Numbered from the stretch's first letter, positions 30,698 through 41,487 are shown. The stretch: DNA of 64,000 bases from Hellea sp. (GCA_042093735.1 JBELEM010000004.1:12407-76406); one strand, 5' to 3'. The notes: generated from the letters alone by a model not told the origin. Numbers and translations are program-made.

Positions 30698-32095
30698 ATG
30701 TTGAACAAAAAAGACATGCACAATATTCAACCTACAAAAGTATCAAAAGCTTGGTCAAAAGAGATGGTTTTATTGCTAAGAATAGGAATTCCTATGGCCT
30801 TGGCGCAGTTCATTCAATTTTTTATATTTTTCATAGATACAATAATGATTGGGCGAATAAGTCCCGAAGACTTAGCTGCGGCGGGCCTTGGATTGGTAAT
30901 ATATTTTGGCTTTTGGATGCTATTTTCGGGTCCAGTTATGGCAGTTACCCCTCTAATATCGCAAACTCTTGGTAAAAATAAGAATAATATTCAAAAAACT
31001 CGATATTATGTTCGCATGGCTATTTGGGTTATTTTTTTACTAATGCCAATTTTTATTTTCATTATTTCATTTACTGAAAATATATTGATTTTTTTAGGCC
31101 AAGATGAAGTCGTATCAGCGAAAGCTGGGAAGTATGTTTTTGTACTTGCTTTTGGACTACCATTTGCATTGGCTACTATGATATTGAGAAACTTTCTGGC
31201 AGCTCTTGAAAAAACTTTTATCCCACTACTTCTAGTTACACTAATTACAGCTTTAAATGCCTTGTTAAATTATATTTTTATATTTGGTAATTTTGGTATG
31301 CCTCCATTAGGGCTTACAGGAGCTGGTATTGCATCATCATTATCATACTGCATAGGGTTTTTAATATTTGTTTACTACATCAGTAAAGACAAACGCGCTC
31401 ATGAATTTAAAGTATTTCAAAATTTTTATTCTATAAAATTTATTCATTTGATTGAAATATTAAGGCTAGGAGGCCCTATAAGCGTAACAACACTTTTTGA
31501 GGGAATGCTCTTTAATGTTGCAATAATTATTATGGGCCTAATTGGCGTTATGGAAGCAGCTGCTTATCAAGTGGCACTCAATATAGCTTCTCTAGCGTTC
31601 ATGCTGCCATATGGCATGTCAATGGCAGGAGCAGTACGCATAGGATTAGCTACAGGTGCAGGAAATAACAAAGCTGCTAGGAGGGCTGCAAGCACAACAG
31701 TTGTAGCCTGCATATGTGCCATAATGACAATAGCAATACCAGTCGCGATATTTCCAGAAATAACTGCTTCTTTGTTTCTTGATCTAGATAAGGAGATTAA
31801 CAGTAATGTAATAAATTTAGTTGTTGGCTTCTTACCTATTGCTACAGGTTTTATGTTCTTTGACTCCGTTCAAGTTGCCGCTAATCAGCTTTTAAGAGGT
31901 TTAAAAGATGTCAATTGGCCTATGTTATTAACAGGTATTAGTTATTGGCTTTTCGGTTTCCCTATTGCCTATATTCTGGCTTTAAAAACTAATGTTGGAC
32001 CCAATGGTGTTTGGTATGGTCTGATGGCAGGTCTGGCATTAGCTTCAGTACTATTAGGCAGCAGACTTATATCAAAATTAAATGAAAATATTTAA
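30698..32095 (+). CDS. MATE family efflux transporter (NorM-like)
   Basis: About 12 TM segments; motifs DTIMIG, LGLTGAGIA and LRGLKD. Confidence 0.9.
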   Translation: MLNKKDMHNIQPTKVSKAWSKEMVLLLRIGIPMALAQFIQFFIFFIDTIMIGRISPEDLAAAGLGLVIYFGFWMLFSGPVMAVTPLISQTLGKNKNNIQKTRYYVRMAIWVIFLLMPIFIFIISFTENILIFLGQDEVVSAKAGKYVFVLAFGLPFALATMILRNFLAALEKTFIPLLLVTLITALNALLNYIFIFGNFGMPPLGLTGAGIASSLSYCIGFLIFVYYISKDKRAHEFKVFQNFYSIKFIHLIEILRLGGPISVTTLFEGMLFNVAIIIMGLIGVMEAAAYQVALNIASLAFMLPYGMSMAGAVRIGLATGAGNNKAARRAASTTVVACICAIMTIAIPVAIFPEITASLFLDLDKEINSNVINLVVGFLPIATGFMFFDSVQVAANQLLRGLKDVNWPMLLTGISYWLFGFPIAYILALKTNVGPNGVWYGLMAGLALASVLLGSRLISKLNENI

Positions 32096-32418
32096 CTTAC
32101 GATAGGTTCCGTTAAAAAATGATTTCTTTTTTTATCAATTATTTCAATAACCCATAAATCTGGGTCTTGGCGAACTCTTTTTTCTAAATCTTTATCAATA
32201 ATACATTCTTTTAGAGGGCCTTTAGGTAGCCAAGCAATCTCGCCTTGGGTGTTTCTTATTTGCTTATAAATAGTCGCATGGCCTTCAAGGTCACAGACCT
32301 TGATTAAACATACACCTGCATCGACATCACCTTTTTTCAAAATAGCAGAAAAAGAACCCGCTATCTCAACACGTCTGATAAGTGCGGAAACCCATATTTT
32401 AGTTTTTAATTTTGTCAT
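32092..32418 (-). CDS. DUF1491 family protein
   Basis: Pattern LKTKIWVSALIRR...KGDVDAG...DPDLWVIEI. Confidence 0.8.
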   Translation of the reverse strand: MTKLKTKIWVSALIRRVEIAGSFSAILKKGDVDAGVCLIKVCDLEGHATIYKQIRNTQGEIAWLPKGPLKECIIDKDLEKRVRQDPDLWVIEIIDKKRNHFLTEPIVS

Positions 32419-32476
32419 TTATAAAGTCCATTAACTCACTCAAAGCATAATAGTTCTTGGTATTAATAGGAACGTC

Positions 32477-33166
32477 TTAGCTTTTTATATTAAATGGCAA
32501 AGTAACTATGGCTTTTGTGCCTATATTCTTCTTAGATTTCATCTCTAATTTACCAGATTGTTGCTCAAGTAAATACTTAACGATAAACAAACCTAAACCG
32601 TTACCTCCATTTAAATTATGGTAGGCTCCAATACCTTTACCAGAATCATGTACCGAAACTATTAGACTACTGTCTTCTATATTTCCTGATATTTTTATAC
32701 TTCCTCCGCTACTAGAAAATTTAATGGCATTTGATAATAGATTAAATATTATTTGCTTTAGGCTAGTTTTATCAAGAAAAACTGGAAGTAATACTTGATC
32801 AATATTTGTAGAAATAGTTACATTCTCTTTCTTAGCTAGGGGCTTTACAATTTCTACAATTCCTGAAATCACTTCAGAGGCATCAAATTTTTTAGGATTA
32901 TATTTTATTTTGACCGCATCAATATTTATTGGATTTAAAGCTTCATTCACTAATTCTAGCATGAACAATGCACTCTCATGAATAGCTTTAGCATATTCAG
33001 TATATTTTTCAGGTAAAGAGCCATGTATCTCAGATCTAATCATGTCAGAAAATCCAACAATGGAGTTTAAAGGTGTGCGAAATTCATGCGAAACCTGAGT
33101 AACTAAATTAACTAAATTCTTTTCATTTTTCATTATTTGAAATTCCTGGTTATTAGATATCTCCAA
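32477..33166 (-). CDS. Sensor-less histidine kinase of the DivJ/PleC (PdhS) family
   Basis: H-box SHEFRTPLNSIVGFSD, ..KYTEYA..IHES, N-box NLLSNAIKFS, G1 DSGKGI and G2 GLGL. Start is TTG 33166 or ATG 33133. Confidence 0.8.
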   Translation of the reverse strand: MEISNNQEFQIMKNEKNLVNLVTQVSHEFRTPLNSIVGFSDMIRSEIHGSLPEKYTEYAKAIHESALFMLELVNEALNPINIDAVKIKYNPKKFDASEVISGIVEIVKPLAKKENVTISTNIDQVLLPVFLDKTSLKQIIFNLLSNAIKFSSSGGSIKISGNIEDSSLIVSVHDSGKGIGAYHNLNGGNGLGLFIVKYLLEQQSGKLEMKSKKNIGTKAIVTLPFNIKS

Positions 33167-33195
33167 ATAAAAATGGCTCCGCTAATGCGGAGCCA
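33165..33195 (-). terminator. Rho-independent terminator of the M13 peptidase gene
   Basis: TGGCTCCGC-TAAT-GCGGAGCCA perfect stem followed by a T-tract on the minus strand. Confidence 0.85.
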
Positions 33196-33202
33196 ATATT
33201 AG

Positions 33203-35254
33203 TTACCAAATTTTTACACGCTCTTCGGGCGCTAGGTAAAGCGCATCGCCAGGCTGTACATCAAAAGCTTCGTACCATTTATCAAAATTTCTAACGATAC
33301 CATTTGCTCTGTATTCACCAGGACTATGTGAATCTGTTTTTAAACGGTTTCTAAGTGCCTCATCTCTGAATTTTCTTTGCCATATCTGACCGTATGATAA
33401 GAAAAATCTTTGATCCCCTGTCATACCATCAATAACAGGAGCCTCCTCACCATTTAATGAATTCTTATAAGCAGCATATCCCATTGTAAGACCTGTGAGG
33501 TCTCCTATATTTTCCCCCAGTGTAAATTTACCATTTATAAATTCTCCTGGTAGGGGCTCAAATTCGTTGTATTGTTTAATTAGAGCCAGAGACCTTGCTT
33601 CAAAGGCCTCACCATCCTTTTCTGTCCACCAATCTCTTTGCTCTCCGTCTCCATCTGTTTTTCTGCCTTGGTCATCAAAGCCATGCCCCATTTCGTGGCC
33701 AATTACAGCCCCAATTCCGCCATAGTTAACGGCGGGATCTGCGGCTACATCAAAAAATGGTGCTTGTAATATACCTGCAGGGAAAACTATTTCATTTAAG
33801 TCAGGACGATAATAGGCATTAACGGTTTGAGGATTCATGCCCCATTCGTCCTTATCTATCGGACCTCCTAGCTTTTGAATTTCATTGTTCCAGGACCAGG
33901 CATAAGCAGATTTAACTGTTCCTATTAAATCAGACCGATCGACTGACAAATCAGTGTAATCTGTCCATTTATCAGGGTAACCAATTTTTGGATTAAACTT
34001 AGCTAATTTATCTTGGGCCTCTACTTTGGTTTTATCATCCATCCAATCTAAATTATCAATTCCATTTTTAAATGCAGCTCTTAAGTTTTCTATTAACTTA
34101 TCCATCTCATCTTTCGATTTCTGAGGAAAGTATTTTTCGACATACACTTTTCCAACCATTTCACCCATGAATGAGTCAATTTGACTAACACCACGTTTCC
34201 ATCTCTCACGCTGAACTTCTGTTCCTCTCAAAGATTTACCATAAAACTCAAAACTAGCATCGTCTATTGATTTGGGTAAATAAGAAGATTTTCCTCCCAA
34301 ATAATTCACCAGCAAATAATCTTTAAGAGTATCTAAGCTTGTTTCTTTAAATACTTCTGACGTTCCTTCTATCGCGTCAATTTCCCTCACAACAAAACTT
34401 ACTTGTCCCTGCAAACCAGCTTGGTCCAGCATTGCATCCCAAGGCAACCCAGGGGATAAAGCTTTCAATTCTTCTAAACTTCGCTTGTTATATGTCTTGG
34501 TACGGTCTCTTCTTTCAGTCGGCGTCCAGTGATAATTGGCAATTTTTGTCTCAAACTCCATTAGAGCCTCAATACGATCTGTAATATTTTCCTCAGCAAC
34601 CATCTCAAGCAAAGAAGTAAGATATATTTTATAAGCTTCACGTACTTCAAGCGACTTTTCATCTTCATCTAGGTAGTAAGCACGGTTTGGCATCCCCAGA
34701 CCAGACTGAGTGAGGTAAACAATATAGTTCGTTACATCTTTGAGATCTACACCAATGAAAGGGGAAACCACCGACCTCAAGCCTAATGATGGCTCCGACA
34801 TGAGTCGCGCGATACCTTCATGATTAGAAACAGATTTTATTGTTTCGAGGTCAGCCAAAACAGGAAGCAGTCCGGCTTTTTCTATTGCGTCGGTATCCAT
34901 AAAGGCTGCAAAGAAATCTCCTATTTTTTGTTCATCAGAACCCATAGCTGCATTTACAGATGAAGCCTCCTCAATTATTTTTCGGACACGCTCTTCAGAG
35001 CGGTCAGCTAATATTGAAAAGCCTCCATAAGTAGATTTATCGGCAGGGATTTCTGTATTTGCAAGCCATGTACCATTTACATACTTAAAAAAGTTGTCCC
35101 CTGGTTTTACGCTAAGGTCCATATTTTCGGTTGCAATGCCATATGACCCTAATTCAGGCGTATTACTTTCATTTAAATTGCTTGTACTATTACAAGACGT
35201 CAAGCTAATTGTTAAAGCAATAATGCTTGGTGCTAATAAACGTGATATACTCAT
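33203..35254 (-). CDS. M13 (neprilysin/PepO-like) zinc endopeptidase, lipoprotein
   Basis: Lipobox LTSC; motifs VNAYY, HEMGHGFD, GENIGD and HSP. Confidence 0.93.
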   Translation of the reverse strand: MSISRLLAPSIIALTISLTSCNSTSNLNESNTPELGSYGIATENMDLSVKPGDNFFKYVNGTWLANTEIPADKSTYGGFSILADRSEERVRKIIEEASSVNAAMGSDEQKIGDFFAAFMDTDAIEKAGLLPVLADLETIKSVSNHEGIARLMSEPSLGLRSVVSPFIGVDLKDVTNYIVYLTQSGLGMPNRAYYLDEDEKSLEVREAYKIYLTSLLEMVAEENITDRIEALMEFETKIANYHWTPTERRDRTKTYNKRSLEELKALSPGLPWDAMLDQAGLQGQVSFVVREIDAIEGTSEVFKETSLDTLKDYLLVNYLGGKSSYLPKSIDDASFEFYGKSLRGTEVQRERWKRGVSQIDSFMGEMVGKVYVEKYFPQKSKDEMDKLIENLRAAFKNGIDNLDWMDDKTKVEAQDKLAKFNPKIGYPDKWTDYTDLSVDRSDLIGTVKSAYAWSWNNEIQKLGGPIDKDEWGMNPQTVNAYYRPDLNEIVFPAGILQAPFFDVAADPAVNYGGIGAVIGHEMGHGFDDQGRKTDGDGEQRDWWTEKDGEAFEARSLALIKQYNEFEPLPGEFINGKFTLGENIGDLTGLTMGYAAYKNSLNGEEAPVIDGMTGDQRFFLSYGQIWQRKFRDEALRNRLKTDSHSPGEYRANGIVRNFDKWYEAFDVQPGDALYLAPEERVKIW

Positions 35255-35290
35255 ATTATTTACCTTTCAGAAATTTTTTTAAAGTTTTTT

Positions 35291-38200
35291 TTAGCCAAGT
35301 TCCATATTATCAAGAGCAAGGGCTATCTCAGGGTTATATGTTGATCCTAATGGCGGTTGTTTCTCTCTTCTAAATATTCCCTTAAAAAATCGTGAGATAT
35401 CTACACCTACACCATACATTGCAGGAACCAACATTAGTGTAAGGAAAAAGTCAAATAAAACTCCGAAGGCCAATGCTACAACCATAGGCTTTAAAAATTC
35501 AGCTTGGGCAGATGTCTCAAAAAGAATTGGCATAATGCCAATAAAGGTTGTTACTGAAGTTAAGAGAATGGGTCTAAAGCGTGCGACACAAGCATCAAGT
35601 AGTGCTTGATAAGCTCCTACACCCTTGGCTCTCAGACGGTTTACATAATCAAGTAAAACAAGGTTATCATTAACAGCGACACCTGCGGCAGCGAAAAAAC
35701 CAAACAGAGACAACATACCAAAGGGCACTCCAGTTACAATATTACCAAATATCATTCCAACAAGCGCAAAAGGTATTGCAACCATTATTAATAAAGGCTG
35801 TGAATATGATTTGAATGCAATAGCCAGTAAACCATACATAATAAATAAGACTGCTATCAAGGAAAGACGGATTTCTTCAATGAAATTAAGCTCTATTTCA
35901 TCCTGACCAACTTCAATACGTGTCGCCTTTGGATGACGTATTTCCCACTGAGGTAAGAAATTTTCTTTAATGTCTGTACTTATTTTCTGAACCTCAGCTT
36001 GTTCCCCGCGTATTCGAGCACCTGTATATTCAACACGTTTTCTGTCACGGCGCTGAATTCTAGTTATACCTTCTTCAAAAGAAACATCTGCCACTGAAAA
36101 TAGAGGAACATCAACACCACTTGCGGATCTTATTCTTAATTTTTGCAAACTATCTATAGATTCACGAGCATCTTCAGGGTAACGAACCATAACCCTAACA
36201 TCTTCACCGTTACGAGGTAACCGCTGTACTTCTTTTCCATAAAATGCTTCACGAACCTGTCTAGTAACATCCGAAAGTTTAATACCCAAAGTTTCTGCGC
36301 CTGGCTTTAATGTAAATTGAATCTCACGGGCAGAACTTTCTAAACCATCCCATGCACCTGATACAGCACTGAAGCTTTCAATTTCAGACTTAAGGTCTAA
36401 TATTGCAGACTTTAGTGCATCTGGGTCAGCGGAGGCAACTCCGTAGTATAACCCGCCTCCTCCTTGGCCCCCGGGGCCGTAATCTACACCGTATCGAACC
36501 CTGTAAGCATCAGGAATTTCCCCAACATATTGCTCAAGTTTATCAGCAATATCTTTACTTGAAACAGTAGGTCTAGTTCTGGGGTCAGATAAAGAAAAGA
36601 AACCCTGAACACCACGATTTTCTGTAACTGTTCCGGCTCTTTCTATAATATTTGAATTTACATTAAATTCTTTTTTGGAATTTTTATTGAGCTCCTCTAC
36701 CCCAGCTTCAACTTGCTGTCTAACCTGCTCTCTTCTCTCAAAATTTGTACCTTCAGGAAAGCGAGCATTAAATTCTATCATATCTCCTTCGACTACGGGT
36801 ATGAATGCCGTTGGAGCCACACCAGCTTGTAGTAGCATAATAGACATTGCAAATAACCCAACAAAAACTGAGATGGTTATGTACCTAAACTTTATCAGTG
36901 CTGCTATTATCGGGCGGAATATATTTTGAGCAAATAAAACCAGGCTATTCGCAATTTTTGTTTGCAAACGCATCAATTTTCCCTGCTCATTGATATTAAC
37001 TGGCTTTAGATGCCTTAAATGAGCAGGTAAAATGAAGAAGGCTTCTAGTAATGAAAATATCAATACTGCGATTACTACTAGGCTTATCTGGCCAAGCATG
37101 GCTTGAATTGGACCCGTCATTAATAAGAAGGGTATGAACATTAATATAGTAGTTACAACAGCAAAATAGACTGGCTTAACGACCATACCAGCACCAGCTA
37201 TAGCACCTCTGTTTCCTGATATTCCATTTTCCACATGAAAATGAATACTTTCACCGACGACAATCGCATCATCAACCACAATTCCAATAACAAGTAAAAA
37301 GGCAAAAAGCGATATCATGTTTAATGTGATACCTATGTGAGGAGCTATCGCTATTGCACCCATGAATGCAGCAGCAATTCCTGCCGTTACCCAAAATGCT
37401 ACCGCAGGCCTTAAGAAAAGCATTAAAATTATAAGAACTAAAATCATTCCCGATACTGCATTGCTTCCTATTAGCTCCATTCGACTATCAAACATTTCTG
37501 ACCCATCAAACCATATTGAAAAAGTAAGGTCGGGAGGTAATTTGGTGTTAATTTCTTCCTCAAATTTTCGAATAGACCTCCCAGCCTCAGTAACATTCAT
37601 ATTATCTGGAGATTGGACTTGAAATATTGCTGCATTTTGGCCATTGAATTTAGCAGAAAATTTAGCTGAGTCGAAGCCGTCTATTACATTAGCTATATCC
37701 CTGACACGAATTACGCCCCCATTTAATGTTTGACGAATGATAATATCATTAAAGTCTTCTTTATCATTTGCCAAAGATCTCGCTCTTAACTGAAGTTTAC
37801 CAGCTGCAGTTTCAACAGTACCGGCAGATAAGTTTACCGATGAACGAGAAATAGCGGCCGAGACATCTGAAAAAGTTAAGTTGTACTGACGTAATGCGTC
37901 CTCAGATATTTCAATCGTGACTTGCTCATCAATTTTTGTCATTTGATTAGTTAACTGCAACCCAGGGAGTTTAGTTATTTGAAAACGTAAGTCAGTCGCC
38001 GCTCTCTGTAAGGTTAATCTGTCAACATTACCGTGAAGAGCAAGAAAGAAGGTATCTTCCCGTGCATCCCACCTGTAAACTTGAGGTCGGTATGCATTAG
38101 GCGGTAAATTTTGAATTCCATCGACACGTGATTGCACTTCATCCAAAAGTTTATCGTAATCAATTCCTAATTTAGTTCTTACATTTACAGTGTAGCTTCC

Positions 38201-38461
38201 CTCTCGGGCTGTAGACTCAATATAATCTATACCATCCAAACCATCTATGGTTTCTTCAATTCGCACTACAATTTGTTCTTCAACATCGCGAGGAGACGCA
38301 CCCGGCCAACCTGATGAGATTGTCATGCCGTTAATTGTAACTTTTGGGATAAACTCTCTGTCCAAATTACTATAGCCAAAGACTCCGATCACAAACATTG
38401 TGAACATCATTAAATTTGCAGCTACAGGGTTCTTAACAAACCAACTTATCAAAGATTTCAT
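35291..38461 (-). CDS. RND efflux permease (AcrB/AcrD/AcrF family)
   Basis: 1056 aa; motifs GIVVDDAIVV and RFRPILLTS. Confidence 0.95.
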   Translation of the reverse strand: MKSLISWFVKNPVAANLMMFTMFVIGVFGYSNLDREFIPKVTINGMTISSGWPGASPRDVEEQIVVRIEETIDGLDGIDYIESTAREGSYTVNVRTKLGIDYDKLLDEVQSRVDGIQNLPPNAYRPQVYRWDAREDTFFLALHGNVDRLTLQRAATDLRFQITKLPGLQLTNQMTKIDEQVTIEISEDALRQYNLTFSDVSAAISRSSVNLSAGTVETAAGKLQLRARSLANDKEDFNDIIIRQTLNGGVIRVRDIANVIDGFDSAKFSAKFNGQNAAIFQVQSPDNMNVTEAGRSIRKFEEEINTKLPPDLTFSIWFDGSEMFDSRMELIGSNAVSGMILVLIILMLFLRPAVAFWVTAGIAAAFMGAIAIAPHIGITLNMISLFAFLLVIGIVVDDAIVVGESIHFHVENGISGNRGAIAGAGMVVKPVYFAVVTTILMFIPFLLMTGPIQAMLGQISLVVIAVLIFSLLEAFFILPAHLRHLKPVNINEQGKLMRLQTKIANSLVLFAQNIFRPIIAALIKFRYITISVFVGLFAMSIMLLQAGVAPTAFIPVVEGDMIEFNARFPEGTNFERREQVRQQVEAGVEELNKNSKKEFNVNSNIIERAGTVTENRGVQGFFSLSDPRTRPTVSSKDIADKLEQYVGEIPDAYRVRYGVDYGPGGQGGGGLYYGVASADPDALKSAILDLKSEIESFSAVSGAWDGLESSAREIQFTLKPGAETLGIKLSDVTRQVREAFYGKEVQRLPRNGEDVRVMVRYPEDARESIDSLQKLRIRSASGVDVPLFSVADVSFEEGITRIQRRDRKRVEYTGARIRGEQAEVQKISTDIKENFLPQWEIRHPKATRIEVGQDEIELNFIEEIRLSLIAVLFIMYGLLAIAFKSYSQPLLIMVAIPFALVGMIFGNIVTGVPFGMLSLFGFFAAAGVAVNDNLVLLDYVNRLRAKGVGAYQALLDACVARFRPILLTSVTTFIGIMPILFETSAQAEFLKPMVVALAFGVLFDFFLTLMLVPAMYGVGVDISRFFKGIFRREKQPPLGSTYNPEIALALDNMELG

Positions 38462-38481
38462 AAGATATTATTCCTTATTTG

Positions 38482-39783
38482 CTAAGAATTTTTGTTTTTT
38501 TTAGTTTCTTTACTTTTCTTTTCAAGGTTTTTCATCCAATCTGGTTTAGGTGGATCAACAAGAATAGTTTCAGGGTTATTCACATCCAAAACTCTCAAAG
38601 ACATAGATGTTCGTGACTTCTCCATTGGAGAAAGTACAACTAACTCGCCCTCATCTACACCCCCAAGAAGTAGTGCTCTTTCACTGTCAGAGTCGAGTAC
38701 TTTAACTTTTCGGATATCAGCTTTACCTTTATCATCAACCACATAAACTTCATTATCTGGCCTCAATCCGTCCCTGGGTAAAACAATAATTTCTTGATAT
38801 ATCTTTCCAGAGATTTCTGCATCAACAAATAGACCGGGGGCTAGTGGGTAGCCATTTTCTGATGCCCCTGAACCATAGGGATCAACCACTTCAGCAATTG
38901 CAAATAAAGCACGGGTTTGAGTATCATATGTACTTGCTGTCCGCATTATTTTACCACTCCAGTATCTACGTTTACCTGCAATAATAGCGTTTAATTCCAC
39001 GTCGATTGCTGAGGCTCTATTTTTTGCTACATAAGCAATAGGTAGATCTATCTTAGATAGATCACTATCGCTCAATGGAAGACGAACTTCAACTATACTA
39101 GTTGAAAAGATACGCCCTAATGTACGGCCAGGGGATACGAATTGTCCAATATCAGAGTTCTTTGTCTTCACACGCCCGGTAAAGGGGGCGCGAACTTCAG
39201 TACGCTTTAATTGAAGGTTAGCTGAAGCCAGCTCAGCCTCAGCGGCCTGCAAAGAAGCGAGTGCTTGGGCCTGCTGCGGTAAACGCAATGCCAATGGGCT
39301 AGCCTTACCTATTCCTAATTCTTGATAGTCTTGTTTAGCAATCTCACCTTCAGCCTTTTCGCGTATTACAGACTGTTCTGCTTGAGCAACTTGAGCTTGG
39401 GCTCTTATAACAGATACTTTATAATCAGCATCTTCAATTCTTAATAGTACTTCCCCTTTTTTGATAATGCCGCCTTCAATAAAGTTTGGGGAAACATAAA
39501 CAATTTTTCCACCAATTTCAGGAACCAAGTCAATTTCGGTTTGCGGCCGTGCTTCACCTTGGGTTTTAACGCTTAGCTGTACATCGTCTAAAACTGCGTG
39601 ATCAGCAAGGACTGCTAAAGTGTTAAAGGCTCTCTTTTTTTCTTCAGGTTTGTTATTTAACTTAATTATAATAGATCCCAAAAATATAAATCCAATTATA
39701 CACAGAAAAGGAATGGTATAGATTAAGGATTTTTTCAAAAAACCGGCTTTTGATGGTTTTATAGTATTATACTCTGCCGTCAT
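38482..39783 (-). CDS. RND periplasmic adaptor (membrane fusion protein)
   Basis: N-terminal TM, coiled hairpin and RTEVRAPFTG. Confidence 0.93.
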   Translation of the reverse strand: MTAEYNTIKPSKAGFLKKSLIYTIPFLCIIGFIFLGSIIIKLNNKPEEKKRAFNTLAVLADHAVLDDVQLSVKTQGEARPQTEIDLVPEIGGKIVYVSPNFIEGGIIKKGEVLLRIEDADYKVSVIRAQAQVAQAEQSVIREKAEGEIAKQDYQELGIGKASPLALRLPQQAQALASLQAAEAELASANLQLKRTEVRAPFTGRVKTKNSDIGQFVSPGRTLGRIFSTSIVEVRLPLSDSDLSKIDLPIAYVAKNRASAIDVELNAIIAGKRRYWSGKIMRTASTYDTQTRALFAIAEVVDPYGSGASENGYPLAPGLFVDAEISGKIYQEIIVLPRDGLRPDNEVYVVDDKGKADIRKVKVLDSDSERALLLGGVDEGELVVLSPMEKSRTSMSLRVLDVNNPETILVDPPKPDWMKNLEKKSKETKKNKNS

Positions 39784-39785
39784 AA

Positions 39786-41237
39786 TTATTCTTTCTTTTC
39801 TATCTCGAAGGCTTGCGCATCTCTGCTATGGGACAATTTAAGTAATTCTACTCCTCCCCCAAGAGCTACATGCAGCCTCACTCTGTTAGAAAGTCTTTCT
39901 TTTCTTGAACTAATGAGCTGCCCTTCGGCAGTTAAGCTTCGTGATTGTGCGTCTAAGAGTTGTAATATCGTAGCCAAACCTTCGGTATAACGAAGTTCTA
40001 ATCGGCTTTCAGCTTTCTGAGCTTCATTTAGTGAAATTCGTAGTGCTTTTTCTTGCTCACGTAACCTTTTCTCACTACCGATCGCATTCTCAACTTCGAG
40101 GTATGCATTTAAAATCAATCCCGCATATGACTCTAATTGAGACTTCATTAGTACTTTTTGCTGTTCAAGGTTAGCTTTGAGCCGACCCCCTTGAAATACA
40201 GGAGCTGATATTCCCCCAACCAAAGAAGCCACCAATGCATCAATTTCGAAAAACTCACTCATGTTTCGCGAAGCTAAAGAACCACTACCATCCAATGTGA
40301 AACGAGGAAGTAAATTTTTCTTTGCAATTTCAATTTGGAAACCCTGGGATTTTAAACGGTATTCGGCAGCCAACAAGTCAGGCCTATTTTTCATTACGTA
40401 ATCCGGAGATCCAGCTCCGCTTAATTCTGGAAGTAAAGGTAAGTCCGATGATGCATGAAGTTCAGCTGAAGGGTATCTGCGAAGCAGTATTTCCAAACGC
40501 CTTGTGGATGATGAAAATCTTTGCAGTTGCAGTGACTGCGACGCCTCTGCATTTGCCAAAGATGACCTGGCTAGCCTCACATCTGATGATCCGGTCACCC
40601 CTCCCTCAAAGCGACGCTGAGTCAAACGCAAGGCTCTTTTCTTAGTTTCAACAGTTCGGTTGGCTAATTCAGAAAGTAGTCGTGCCTCAGTGAGATCAAA
40701 CCATGCTAAACTAACTTGTCCAGCCACAGAAAGTCGTGCGCTATCATAATCTGCAGTAACAGCCCGCAAGTCCAATCTGCTTGCTTCAACGCTGTTTTCA
40801 ATGCGTCCCCACAAATCATACTCCCAGCTGGCCGAAAGACCTGCAGAAATATTGGTTGAACTTGGCTGCGGTCCTGCATTTTCGTTTCTACTAGCCCTAG
40901 AGCTAGCACTTAAGGATGGAAAAAGATTTGATTGGGATATGTCAACTCTTGCACTGGCGGCATCAACTCTATATTGTGCTGCTAGCATACTGGGATTGGA
41001 CACAAAAGCCTCACCAACTAAACTTTTCAAAATTGGGTCTGAAAAACTATCCACCCAGTATATTGTTGGCAAATCAATAGGTGCAGGAACAGTCCACTGT
41101 TCAGGAATCAAACTACTGCTCAATGATGAAGCATCTTTTGGTTCGTCGTTTAGTTTCTGAAAGTTATTGATGCTTGCGCAACCTGTTAAAACAGCACTTA
41201 CTAGGAATATAGAAAAAGATTTAGAAAACACTTTCAT
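39786..41237 (-). CDS. RND outer-membrane factor lipoprotein (OprM/NodT family)
   Basis: Lipobox VLTGC; motifs WEYDLWGR, RPDLLAAE and ALGGG. Start placed at ATG 41237. Confidence 0.92.
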   Translation of the reverse strand: MKVFSKSFSIFLVSAVLTGCASINNFQKLNDEPKDASSLSSSLIPEQWTVPAPIDLPTIYWVDSFSDPILKSLVGEAFVSNPSMLAAQYRVDAASARVDISQSNLFPSLSASSRASRNENAGPQPSSTNISAGLSASWEYDLWGRIENSVEASRLDLRAVTADYDSARLSVAGQVSLAWFDLTEARLLSELANRTVETKKRALRLTQRRFEGGVTGSSDVRLARSSLANAEASQSLQLQRFSSSTRRLEILLRRYPSAELHASSDLPLLPELSGAGSPDYVMKNRPDLLAAEYRLKSQGFQIEIAKKNLLPRFTLDGSGSLASRNMSEFFEIDALVASLVGGISAPVFQGGRLKANLEQQKVLMKSQLESYAGLILNAYLEVENAIGSEKRLREQEKALRISLNEAQKAESRLELRYTEGLATILQLLDAQSRSLTAEGQLISSRKERLSNRVRLHVALGGGVELLKLSHSRDAQAFEIEKKE

Positions 41238-41487
41238 TCCTTTCAATAACACTTTCGTTGTTTAGTTTCCGAACACTATTCGAAAAGTAGTAATCTACAA
41301 TACGCTTTAACTACACCAAAAAGTTCATACAACATCTAAAGTTGTAGATTACACTTTATTAATGTATTAGAAGCGTCTACTTAGTTTAGAAATTCTGAGA
41401 AGTAAAGGTTACATTTTTGTAATGTGTTAAGTGTCTTTAAGCAATGTAGAACTGTTTTTTTAAAATAAATTAAAGTAGATTAAAATC

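Noticed and set aside
30616-30975. 119-aa plus-strand ORF overlapping the MATE start
   Set aside because: It overlaps a clear gene out of frame, has a TTG start and shows no motifs.
41427-41440. TTAA-N6-TTAA upstream of phoR
   Set aside because: The spacing is 6 rather than the 7 required for a CtrA site.
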